Shown piece by piece: positions 16,237-26,600 of a stretch of DNA of 33,954 nucleotides. The notes below the pieces were generated by a model that was not told where the DNA came from, did no database searches, and saw only the letters and a program-made list of their open reading frames with translations. Made by a program: the position numbers and the translations under genes. Within the stretch, counting starts at the first letter, position 1. Every line of letters begins with the position of its first letter. The stretch lies in UHGV virus genome UHGV-0140470. One strand, 5' to 3'. This DNA is from a virus.

Positions 16237-18159
16237 ATGGTTGATGCGGGTTTTACATCATTTAATCGCGGTTATTTTTCGCCGGACATGGCGGGACGTG
16301 CCGAGTTCGCGGGGGCTTTGTCCGAATGCCTGAACTTTATCCCGACCGTGCAGGGACCTGTAACGCGGCGCGGCGGGACACGGTATTTGGCGACAGCCGA
16401 AGACGGAAAGCTGTTCGCGTTCGTTTATTCATCCTCCGTTTCCTATATTTTGTTGTTCGGGGATAAAAAAATCAAAATATGGAAAGACAGGACGTTTAAT
16501 GCCGAAATTGAAAGCCCGTACGCGTTGGCAGACGTCAAGAACGGGCTTTATTTGTATCAGCAGGCAGACGTCGTGTTTATCTGTCATCCTTTGCACAAGC
16601 CCGGTCGTTTAATCAGGAAGGGCGAAGCACAATGGGAATTAAACGATGTCGAGTTTATTGACGGACCGTTTTTGCCCAATAACACGACGGATATAACGTT
16701 GACGGTCAGCGGCAACAACGTTACGGCATCTGCGGCAGTGTTTAACGAAAACGACGTCGGACGGCAGATCCGCGTCGCCAGATTAAAAGGAGCCGATATT
16801 ACTTGGGGATGGGCGGTCATTGATTCTTATACGTCGGCGACGGGCGTAACCGTTACGGCGAAAGACAACTGGGGAAACGGCGCGACAAAGATTTGGGCGT
16901 TGGGCGCGTTTTCTGAAACGACGGGGTATCCTTCTTGCGTTGCCTTTATGGAACAGCGTTTGTTTTACGGATTTAAAAGCTATGTGTTCGGTTCAATGCT
17001 GGGGGCAAGCGATACGTTTTCGACGACATTGTCCGACGGCACGGTTAATGATGACAGCGCTTTGTTTTTGCCGCTCGCCATGGAAAAGGCGGACGGGATA
17101 AACTGGATGGTTGCGGACAGCGGGATTCTTGTGTGCGGGACGGAAAGCCAGACGTACACCGTCCGCACGACAAACGACGGTGTGGCGCTGACGCAAAAAA
17201 CAGTGCGGGCTGTCAAAGATAATGAACAGGGATCCAACAAAATGAAGCCCGTTGCCGTCGGTAACGGGTTTGTTTTTGCAAGTCAGTTTTCAAAACGCCT
17301 GATGATGAGTTCGTTTTCTTATGACAGTTATCGTTATCAGGCGACGGGCTTGTCGATTTTTGCGGAGAACCTGTTAGAAAAAGGCGTTCTTGCCGCCGCA
17401 TTTTTAAGAGAGCCCCAGCCCGTTATGTGGATTTGCCTGAAAAGCGGCGGCATTGTCGGATGTACGTTGTCCTTAGAAAACGGTGTCGCGGCGTTTTCCA
17501 GGCACGACGTTTCCGGAAACGTCGTGTCGATTGCCGTTGTCCCTTCGTCAACGGATGAGAGAGACGAAGCGTATTTCCTGGCGAACCGTCAGATTGACGG
17601 GAAAAGCGTGTTTTATTTGGAGGTTCTTGAACAAGGTTTAAAAGACGACGCGACAAATACCGTCATGGCGGTGTTTGCCGATAGCGCCGTAACAAAGGAG
17701 TATGATTCCGCGACGAAGGAAATCACGGGGCTGGATCATTTGGAGGGCGAAACAGTTTGCGTGTTGGGCGACGGTGCGGTACAGCCCGACAGGACCGTTG
17801 AGGGCGGAAAAATTACGATTCAGGAACCGGCAAGGGTCGTTACGGTCGGTTTGCCTTATGTATCGGTTGTGCGTCCGACGGGCATTTCCGGAGGAAATCC
17901 TGCGGCAGAACAGAGAAAAAAGAAAATCGTATCGTTATCCGTTCGTCTGTTTAAAACGGTCGGCGTTAAGGTCGGCGGCGAGCAAATACCGTTCGGGACG
18001 GGAGAGAGGTTCAATCAGGCGGTTTCGTTGTTCACGGGGGATAAGAAAGTCCCGTACCCGGACGGATGGCGGAATGACGCGAGCTTTGAAATCAGTCAGG
18101 AACAGCCGTTGCCGGCCACCGTTCTTGCCGTTTTTTATAACTTTCAGGCGGGGGGGTAA
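16237..18159 (+). CDS. Tail tubular protein B (T7 gp12-like nozzle)
   Basis: FNRGYFSP, GPVTRRGGTRY, QQADV, YPSCVAFMEQRL, GLDHLEGETV, VGLPY. Confidence 0.9.
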   Translation: MVDAGFTSFNRGYFSPDMAGRAEFAGALSECLNFIPTVQGPVTRRGGTRYLATAEDGKLFAFVYSSSVSYILLFGDKKIKIWKDRTFNAEIESPYALADVKNGLYLYQQADVVFICHPLHKPGRLIRKGEAQWELNDVEFIDGPFLPNNTTDITLTVSGNNVTASAAVFNENDVGRQIRVARLKGADITWGWAVIDSYTSATGVTVTAKDNWGNGATKIWALGAFSETTGYPSCVAFMEQRLFYGFKSYVFGSMLGASDTFSTTLSDGTVNDDSALFLPLAMEKADGINWMVADSGILVCGTESQTYTVRTTNDGVALTQKTVRAVKDNEQGSNKMKPVAVGNGFVFASQFSKRLMMSSFSYDSYRYQATGLSIFAENLLEKGVLAAAFLREPQPVMWICLKSGGIVGCTLSLENGVAAFSRHDVSGNVVSIAVVPSSTDERDEAYFLANRQIDGKSVFYLEVLEQGLKDDATNTVMAVFADSAVTKEYDSATKEITGLDHLEGETVCVLGDGAVQPDRTVEGGKITIQEPARVVTVGLPYVSVVRPTGISGGNPAAEQRKKKIVSLSVRLFKTVGVKVGGEQIPFGTGERFNQAVSLFTGDKKVPYPDGWRNDASFEISQEQPLPATVLAVFYNFQAGG

Positions 18160-18161
18160 AA

Positions 18162-18941
18162 ATGGGGACATTAAGCCTTTTAAATATGAATAACAGTAGG
18201 GGATTGGACTTGTCAAAGCCGCTGGACTTGCTTGCCCGCAATCCGATGCCGCAGTTAAAAACGGGGACTTTTGACATATCGACGATGCCGCAGTTAAAAA
18301 CGGGGACTTTGGACGTATCGACGATGCCCGAATTTACAGGTCAGACGACCAAAAGCGCTTCTTCTTCCGCGAATACCGCTTCGACCAAAAGCGCTTCTTC
18401 TTCCGCGAATACCGCTTGGGAGGACGGTTTGGGGGTCGCCGCCGGAGCTTTTACGGCAATAAATAACCTGAATGCCAATATAGAAGCCTATAACAAGGCA
18501 AAAGAAAATTATGAAACGGCGCAGTTAAATGCGCTGAATATTTTCAACGAAGCCGACGAAGTCGCCGAAGACATGCGCAGTGAGGCTGATGCGCGAGAGG
18601 CATCAAACATGGCAAGAAATGCCGGGAACGGTTTAACGGCTCAGGCGTATGACAATCTGATATTGTCCGACCGCGTCCAGACGGAAAAGGACGTTTTGGC
18701 TATGAAAGAAAACGCGCAGTTTGAAGCAATAAATATGCTGAACACGGCGCGTCGCATAAAGTCGCGTCAAAAACGCAAAGCAACGGTCGGTGCGGTCGGC
18801 ACGGCTGTTTTGGCAATAGCGACCGCAGGCGTGGGGTTGGCGGCGGCAGGCGGTTCCGCTCTTAGCGCGATGAGTACGACGCTGAGTATAGGTAACGCGA
18901 TTAACAGCGGCATCACCGGCGCCATGAGCAACGGGGGGTAG
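18162..18941 (+). CDS. Internal virion/ejection protein (gp14-like position)
   Basis: Position after nozzle; Gly/Ala hydrophobic segments and coiled coil. Confidence 0.7.
   Translation: MGTLSLLNMNNSRGLDLSKPLDLLARNPMPQLKTGTFDISTMPQLKTGTLDVSTMPEFTGQTTKSASSSANTASTKSASSSANTAWEDGLGVAAGAFTAINNLNANIEAYNKAKENYETAQLNALNIFNEADEVAEDMRSEADAREASNMARNAGNGLTAQAYDNLILSDRVQTEKDVLAMKENAQFEAINMLNTARRIKSRQKRKATVGAVGTAVLAIATAGVGLAAAGGSALSAMSTTLSIGNAINSGITGAMSNGG
18244..18417 (+). repeat. In-frame tandem repeats: 39 bp x2.2 (18244-18328) and perfect 36 bp x2 (18346-18417)
   Basis: MPQLKTGTxDxST x2; TKSASSSANTA x2. Confidence 0.95.
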
Positions 18942-18945
18942 GACA

Positions 18946-20652
18946 ATGGTATGGAATCCGTTTAACGCAAGGCGACGTGTAAATGTCCCTGTGTTTGAAA
19001 TGCAAGACATAAACGAACCGCGTCGCCGAGCGCAGGCTTTAGCTGAAGGTGTAGGAAAAGTTACCGATATTGCCGCCGAAATTTTAAAGCGGCGGGACGC
19101 CGAAGAATACCGTAAGGCAAAGCTTGACAGTGCCGTTGTTTTAAGCGGGATAGAGGCACAAATACGATCCGATATGATGAATGCCGTCCAATCCGGAGAC
19201 GAACAAGCTGTTCGAGAGGCTTTTAAAAAGTATGCCGATATGCGTGCCGAAGCGTTGCAAGATAAAAGCAGTATTTACAGCGCGGCTTTTGACGAGGAAC
19301 AGGCCGGCGTTTATGCCAGATTGAATGCGAAGAGAATTGAAGCAGTGAAGGACGCTCGCGCCGTTCATTCGGATTTGGCGGTTTCTGACTTTCTTGAATC
19401 TGAAAAGGCGGGTGTAGGTTCCGGAGACGGTTTATATGAACGTGTCGCCCGTTATGCGGAAAAAGTCGAGGCGTCTTATTTGCCTTTTGCCGAAAAACAG
19501 CGTCGTCGTTATGAGGGGGCTTCGGAACTTATATCTTTGGGGGCAAAACGCGCACCCTCAAAAACGGCGGCAGATTTGGCAAACGGGAAATATGACGCCT
19601 ATATCCCGCGAGAAAATGCAATGAAAATCGCCAAAGCCGCAGATGATGAGGTTTTTTACAAGGAGCTTGAAAATGATCCCGAAAGGCTGATCCGGCTGAT
19701 GGACGAGCGAAAGGACATATTTGTATCTTTTTCTGCAAAAGATCGGATTGATTATCGAAAAAAAGCGGAAAACCAGCTGTTGGCGCGCAAAAAATTTGAG
19801 GTCGCGCAGGATAACGCAAACCGTGCGTATGCAGAACTTGATTTTTTCCGTGCGCCGACGGCGGCAAAGCTTGACGCATTTGATTTTCGGGGGAATGAAA
19901 AACAGCGTGAAAAATGGCTTTTGGCTTTGGAAAGCGTCCCCAATCAGTTGGCGTCAACGCGTATTGAAAGCGTTTCCGAAATAGCATCGGCGTTGGAAAG
20001 TTTGGCGACAATGCCCGCAGATACGCCGGAAAATCGCGAAAAACTGTTCAAAGCCGCCGTCGACAGGATGAATGATTTGCTATTGTTGAACCGACGGGGC
20101 AATCTGAGCGAAGACGATATGAAGGAACACCGAAACGCGATTGCGTCTGCCGTAACCGATATGACGTTCCGCCTCCATTTACAGGATATAGCCCCCGTTT
20201 TGGCAGGATTTCGCGATTTAACGCGTGAATGGATAGAAACGAAAAAGAATCGGCGCGATGAGCGGAGCTTCTTGCAAAAATCTTTAGAAAACCCTTTGAA
20301 AAATTACAAAAGACAAAACGGCGGAGCAGACAACGTTCTGCCGAACCTTTTATGGAATATGACCATGGGCGGCGTCAAAAATAAGGCGGCAGATATTTTT
20401 GATACAGGGGCAAAATTGACTCGGGTTAATGATCTTTTGAGAGGCACAATGTCAAAAATTCTTCAAAAGGTAGTTTTAGGAGATGTCGCAGGTGCCGAAG
20501 CCGCATACCGCGCCGGCGTTTCGCGCGCCCGCGTTACGCTGTATCCCGAAACGGCGGGAAAAAAGAAGGGGGATCTGATCCGAAAAGACGGGATTGTTTA
20601 TACGTACGAAGGCGATGACGGGCTTCATCCGATATATAAGTGGGGCAAATAA
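18946..20652 (+). CDS. Internal virion/ejection protein (gp15-like position)
   Basis: 568-aa helical protein between the other two internal proteins. Confidence 0.7.
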   Translation: MVWNPFNARRRVNVPVFEMQDINEPRRRAQALAEGVGKVTDIAAEILKRRDAEEYRKAKLDSAVVLSGIEAQIRSDMMNAVQSGDEQAVREAFKKYADMRAEALQDKSSIYSAAFDEEQAGVYARLNAKRIEAVKDARAVHSDLAVSDFLESEKAGVGSGDGLYERVARYAEKVEASYLPFAEKQRRRYEGASELISLGAKRAPSKTAADLANGKYDAYIPRENAMKIAKAADDEVFYKELENDPERLIRLMDERKDIFVSFSAKDRIDYRKKAENQLLARKKFEVAQDNANRAYAELDFFRAPTAAKLDAFDFRGNEKQREKWLLALESVPNQLASTRIESVSEIASALESLATMPADTPENREKLFKAAVDRMNDLLLLNRRGNLSEDDMKEHRNAIASAVTDMTFRLHLQDIAPVLAGFRDLTREWIETKKNRRDERSFLQKSLENPLKNYKRQNGGADNVLPNLLWNMTMGGVKNKAADIFDTGAKLTRVNDLLRGTMSKILQKVVLGDVAGAEAAYRAGVSRARVTLYPETAGKKKGDLIRKDGIVYTYEGDDGLHPIYKWGK

Positions 20653-23600
20653 TGGAAAAAGATACGGGATATTTCGATTGGGACCAGTTTTTTGATGACG
20701 ACGAAGGCACGCCCGCCCCGAAAATAGGTGACGGCGCGCCAAAATATATCGGCGCGGACGATTTAGACAGAGCCGCGATTCTTCGGAATATAGAAGAAGC
20801 ATTTTCTGACAACACTTCAGCTGTCGGAAGTTTTTATCAAGGGTTTCACGATGCGATGCTGGAGGGGAAAACGCTTGACGAAACCTTTGTCATTCTGGGG
20901 GGGCAGGCGTTAATGTCAATCGGCGGATTTTTCGGCGAAGACAACAAATTGGTAAAATTAGGCAATCAGATTATTCAATCGGGCGTTCGCGATATGGATG
21001 CGGAACGAACCGAGATTGAACGACGTTCTTTTGCCAGATTTTCTCCGGAACGAAAGGAACGTTTTTCTTATAAATTCGGCGGCGGGGCTGCTTCTTTTGC
21101 TCAAATGCTGGGCCTCAATTATTTGACATCCGGTTTAGGAATGACAGCCGGTTTGGCGGTAAAAACGGCGGGGCGGGCGGGACAGACGGCGGCTTTAGCG
21201 TTCGGCGCGGCGTCGGAAGCGTCAGGCGAAGTTCAAGAAGGCATTGATACATACCGTAACCGAACAGGCGACGAAAATTTGGAACATTACACCGCAAAAG
21301 AGGCGGCGAAGGAAGTCGTAACGACGGGACTTTATACGGCGGGTTCCACGGCGCTGGAAGGATTGAACCTGTCAAAATTGTTTCGATTGTTCAAGGGAAA
21401 ATCAAAATCTGTCGTGATGGATGCCATTGAGGGCGCTTTGAGCGAAGGATTAACGGAAACGGCACAAGGGGCGTTGAATGCCTTTATTGACGTTTCGGAC
21501 GGAACAATCAAATGGGACGATATGCCCGAACGGCTAAAGCAGGAATTAGTGAACGGCTCGATAGGGCTGATCGTCGGCGGTAATGCGGCGGGTGCGTTTT
21601 CTATGTATCACAGGCATCGCGGACGGACGGCGATCCGTGAATATTTGCGCGGCACTGTTCCGGAAAAAGATTTAAACCGCGTTTCAAATGCCGTTTGGGA
21701 CGGTTTGCAGGAAGGCGCGACGGATATTGTCGCCCGCGAATTGGTTTATTCGGAGGAACTTCGCAACAAGCACGGCGACATTTACAACGCGATGCAACGG
21801 GCAATAGCGCGGGCGGCAGATGACAGCGGGGCGTTCGCTGATGCCGACGAAGCAACGCGGGCGCAATATATCGACGAAACTGCGCGGATGTTCGCAGACC
21901 AAACGTTGGCCGAGGCAAACCAGCGCGGCGTGTCAATAGACGAGGTTTTAAAAGCCTCCGACATCGCTTTTGACGGAGAGGGGATTGCTCTTGATTTTAA
22001 TAAAGCCGAGGCTCAAAGCGTTTCCAAAGGCGTTGAAACGGCGTCGCCGTTGGAACAGGCGATGTTTAAAAGCCCGCTTAAAAACGTCGGGGAATTTTAC
22101 GACAGCGTTGTAAAAGGCGAAGAAAACAGGCCGAGATATTTTTCGTTTACGACGCCTTCGGGCGCGGAAGTAGGGCTTCCCGATTACGTCGTCAGGCACG
22201 ATATAAACGGTCATAACCTGACGAATACGGATTTGGAAAACGTTTTTGAAAATCTGGAAAATATCGAACGTTACGGCGTGTCGAATAAAGAAACGGAGCT
22301 CGCAAAAAACAGCCTGCTTTTAAAAATAAACACGCCCGAAGGGATTTACGGTGTTTCAATAGCGTTGGGAGAAAATAGGAATTTTGTATCGACAGTATTT
22401 AAATCAACGGGAGAAAGAGGCGTCGATGCTTGGATAGAAAAAGAGGCTTCCCGAGTTCCGCCCAGCCACCCAGCGGCGACCAATGACAATGTCAACTCTG
22501 TAGCTACCTCGGGTAAGCCCCTTAAAGACATTATAACCGAGGCGCGTTCGGAAATCAACAGTGCGGCGAAAGCGGAACAAAGCGCGGAAACGGATGCTTT
22601 GGAGATCAGCGAGGACGTCGCGCGTCAGGAAAAGGAGATAACTGCCGAAGCGTTCAAAGAGCCGGCGAAACAGACGGAAACGGAAAGTGCGGCGCAATCG
22701 GCGCCTGTTGAAACGGCGGAAACGACGGCGTCTACGGGAAAGAAAAAGTCGGAAAGCATACAGGACTTTGGCGAGAAGATTGCGGGTGCGAAAAAAGACC
22801 TGTGGGCATCGTGGAAAGAACGAATGCGGCAAACCCCCCTTGAAGGTTCCGATTTTACGTTGTCCGAAGTTTTCCCGATGCCGAATTGGGAAGCGGCGAT
22901 AGCAAACGGGACGGATACGGATACCTTGGCGTTTATCAAGCTTATCCGCGACATATCGATGTCCGTACCTAAAAAGAGGCGCGATTGGCGTGATTTGGTT
23001 TTGAGCTTCAGAAATTATGCCCGGTCTGTTTTAGACGGCGATATTACGACGGAAAAAGCAGTTTCCGATTTGCGCGAAGCTTCTCCGAACGCGTCGGAGC
23101 GTTTTCAATTATATAAGGATTTGGGTTATCCCGCGTTTTTGAAAACGAAAGACTACGGCGTCAAGGAATATCCGTTTGGTTCCGATCCGTGGGCTGTTCG
23201 TAAAAACCGTCGTATTGTCGGACGATACCCGACGCGTGAAGAAGCGGTTAATGCGTTGCGAGATATGCTGACGAATGCTGAAAAGCAACGTCGTGAAACA
23301 AATTTTAACGTTTATAAACTCCGTGATACGGGCGAGATCATAATCGGAAAAAAGGTCGGACGCGGTCGTTATATAGATTTAAAGGGCGGATTTAAAAGCG
23401 GAGAAGAAGCGTTTAAGTATATTGACGAACACCGCCAAGAGTTGGAAGGAGAGCTGAAACGCGCGAAAGAGATTAAAGAAGAACGCGGGGAAACGAACGA
23501 AGATCGCACAGGCAAACAATGGCGTGAAGACGTTGACGTATCGCCCGAAGAATTTTTAAAAACGTTCGGGTTTCGCGGCGTCCAGTTCGGCAATTACGTC

Positions 23601-26600
23601 GGACAAGATTTGCGGTCAAAGAATTTAAACGAAGCATATGACGCTCTTCTTGACCTTTCAGACGTTTTAGGTATTCCGTCGCAGGCGGTATCTTTGGACG
23701 GAACGCTCGGTTTGGCATTCGGGGCGCGAGGAACGGGAAGAGCTCTCGCACATTATGAGCCGATGCAGGTTGTGATTAACCTGACGAAAAAGAGAGGCCC
23801 CGGCAGTCTGGCGCACGAATGGTGGCACGCTTTGGATAATTACTTCGGAGCGCAAAAAACGTTTGCCGGAGAAACAACAGATAAAAAAGACATTTATATG
23901 ACGGTTAGCGGTCGGTTGACGGCGCACCGTGCGGAAATGAAGGAAGCGTTCGACAACGTTGTTAAGACGGTTAAAGAAAGCGGGATGTATCAGCGGTCGC
24001 TGTCGTTGGATAACGCACGTGAAAATCCTTATTGGTCATCCGAAATAGAGCTGACGGCGCGGGCATTTGAAGCGTACGTTAAGGACAAGCTGGCGGAAAA
24101 AGGAACGAAAAACGACTTTCTGGTCAATATCCTCAATGAGAAAGACGTCGAAAATCCGAATCGGTACCAATATCCGACGAAAGGCGAACGCGTTAAGATT
24201 GACGAAGCCTTTGAGCGTTTGTTTGACACGATGCAGACGGAACCGACGGAAAAGGGATACAGGCTGTATCAAACGTCGGATTTGGTCGAACGGTCAGGCG
24301 GTCCGAAAATCGCCGACGATACCGAAAGCGTTGATGTCGTGGAAATCCCCGAAAACGCCGTTCCGAAGTTTGAAAGCAAAAAAGAATTGGCAAACTTCAT
24401 TAAAGGCGTTTTAGGACAGGAAAGAAGTATTACCGTAAAATCGACAGGGGAAAATGTCCTTGTTTCAAATGCGGGGATAGAAAGAAGCGCTACTAAATCT
24501 CATTCACAAAAATATAACGAAGCCTTTTCTGCTATCAAAGAATTGTTGGAAAACGCGAAATATTCAGGTTTTGTTGAAGCCGATGAACGACACCCGAATG
24601 TTAAGGGGCAAGACGTATATCATTCTGCTTTTGTTATTGGAGATAAGGCGTATTCGGTTCAGTTTAAAGTAGATATTCCGAAAGAAAGCGGAACTCATAA
24701 CTATGCGGGACATAGCGTATCTGATATAGAAATAGCGCCGACGGATAATGTAGGTGGACTTTTCAGGGTCCCTAGCGTACAAAACCGCAGCGCTATTCAT
24801 ACAATCAGTATGGGGGTATTGCGTGGAAAAGTCAAGCCCGCACGGTTGCAAGACGGGAACCTGTTTCAAAAAAAGACCGTTAAAAGTGCCGTTGTAAAGG
24901 GGTCGTTTGACCAGTCAGAACGGATTATCCGCATTACGAAGAACGCGGATTATTCGACGTTGCCGCACGAGTTCGCACATTATTGGCTGACGATGCAAAA
25001 GAGCTGGTATGACAGCGGGGCGGCGTCTGAGGCGTACCAAGAAAGGATGCGCATTGCTTTTGACTGGTTGGGCGTGAAACCGTGGAAAAGCATCGGTGAG
25101 CGCGCGCATGAAAAGTTCGCACGGGGCTATGAACAATACCTGCTTAACGGGGATTTGCCCGAAAGCCCGCTGAACCCCGCGTTCAAGGAGTATGACAGGT
25201 GGCTGAAAGATGTTTATAACAGTGCGAATAAACCGCATAAAGAACCGTTGACCGAAGATATGGTGCGGTTTTTCAATTCGATGACGACGGGAGTTTTGCC
25301 CCCGCCCGTGAAAACGCCCGTCAACACGCCCCCCGACGAAGAGCTTGAGAAGCCCGCAGATCCCGAAGGGCTTAACGGGATTGAGAAGTCCGCAGGGGTT
25401 AAAAAAACCGAAGGATTTGAGAAACCCGCCGTTGCCGCCGAAACGGTTCGCGTTTATGATGCCGCCGAAGAATCCGATGCCGAAACGGGACGGGTATCGC
25501 AGGCGGCGGAACGGCGTCAGGAAATCGCCGTATTACAGGGCAAAATCGCCGAAGACGAAACGCAAAACGTTTATTACACGCCGATTACGCTTGAAGAACA
25601 GGCCGGGCGGGCGTATGCGCTGATGCGAAACGAAGGGGCGGATGCCGTTAAGGATATGATTGACGGCAAACGCGATTTGCCCGAAGGCGTCATGCGCGTG
25701 CCGGCAATGATCGCGTACGAAGAAGAAATGTTGCGTCAAGGCAATCTGACCGAATACGCGCGCGTATTGAAAAAACATACGCTGGAACAAACGCGTCGAG
25801 GTCAGGAAATCGTTTCCGAACGTCTGGCAGGGCGCGACATATCGGATTTGCGCTATTGGTTCAAGCGCGTCGTGTCGAACAAAAAAGCCTCCGCGGCGGA
25901 AAAGTTCAAAACGCTGTTCCAAAAAGAAGGCGGAGAAAAGGGGTATAATGATTATCTGCGCCGTATTGCGGACAGGACGGCAAACGCCGTTGTTCGCGCT
26001 GAAAACGCGTATAGCCGCCGAAGCATATTGAACGAAGCTCTGCGCGAAGCCGAAGCCGCAACAGGGAAAAAGGCGGATTTGTCAAACGTTGACGTCGCGG
26101 GCGAAGGCGCGCGGCTGTATGATCGTATATATGATGCTGTTTCCCAAGAGCTTGACGCGCTGTTCGAAATCACGTTAAGCGCAGAGGAAACGAAACGTTT
26201 GTTCGAAGCGTCGGTAAAGCTGAAATCGGCGTACGTAGAGCATATAAAGTCGCATCCGAACGAAAATCCGCCCGTCGAAGTCATGCGGTTGTTAAAGGAA
26301 ATGACCGATACGGCAAACGCGATGTCGCCGTCTAATGCTTTGGCGTTAGGCGTGAACGTTTGGGGACGGGCGGCAATGCTGGCAAGTGTCAAAACGCCGA
26401 TTTTAAACATTGAATCAAACCTTGTCGGCGCGATAACGGAACGGATTATCCGTCGCGCCAGACTGATGTCTTGGGAAAAAGCTGTGGATGAAAGGGCGAT
26501 AGAGGCGTACAAAGCCTATGATGCCGCCGTTTATGATGCCAGCGCCATAACAATGAGCACGGTTCGCGCCGAAAGCATTTTAGAACCGTCTTTGTTCGGC

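Noticed and set aside
18244..18417. CRISPR-like array
   Set aside because: Contiguous in-frame tandem repeats with no spacers and no cas genes.
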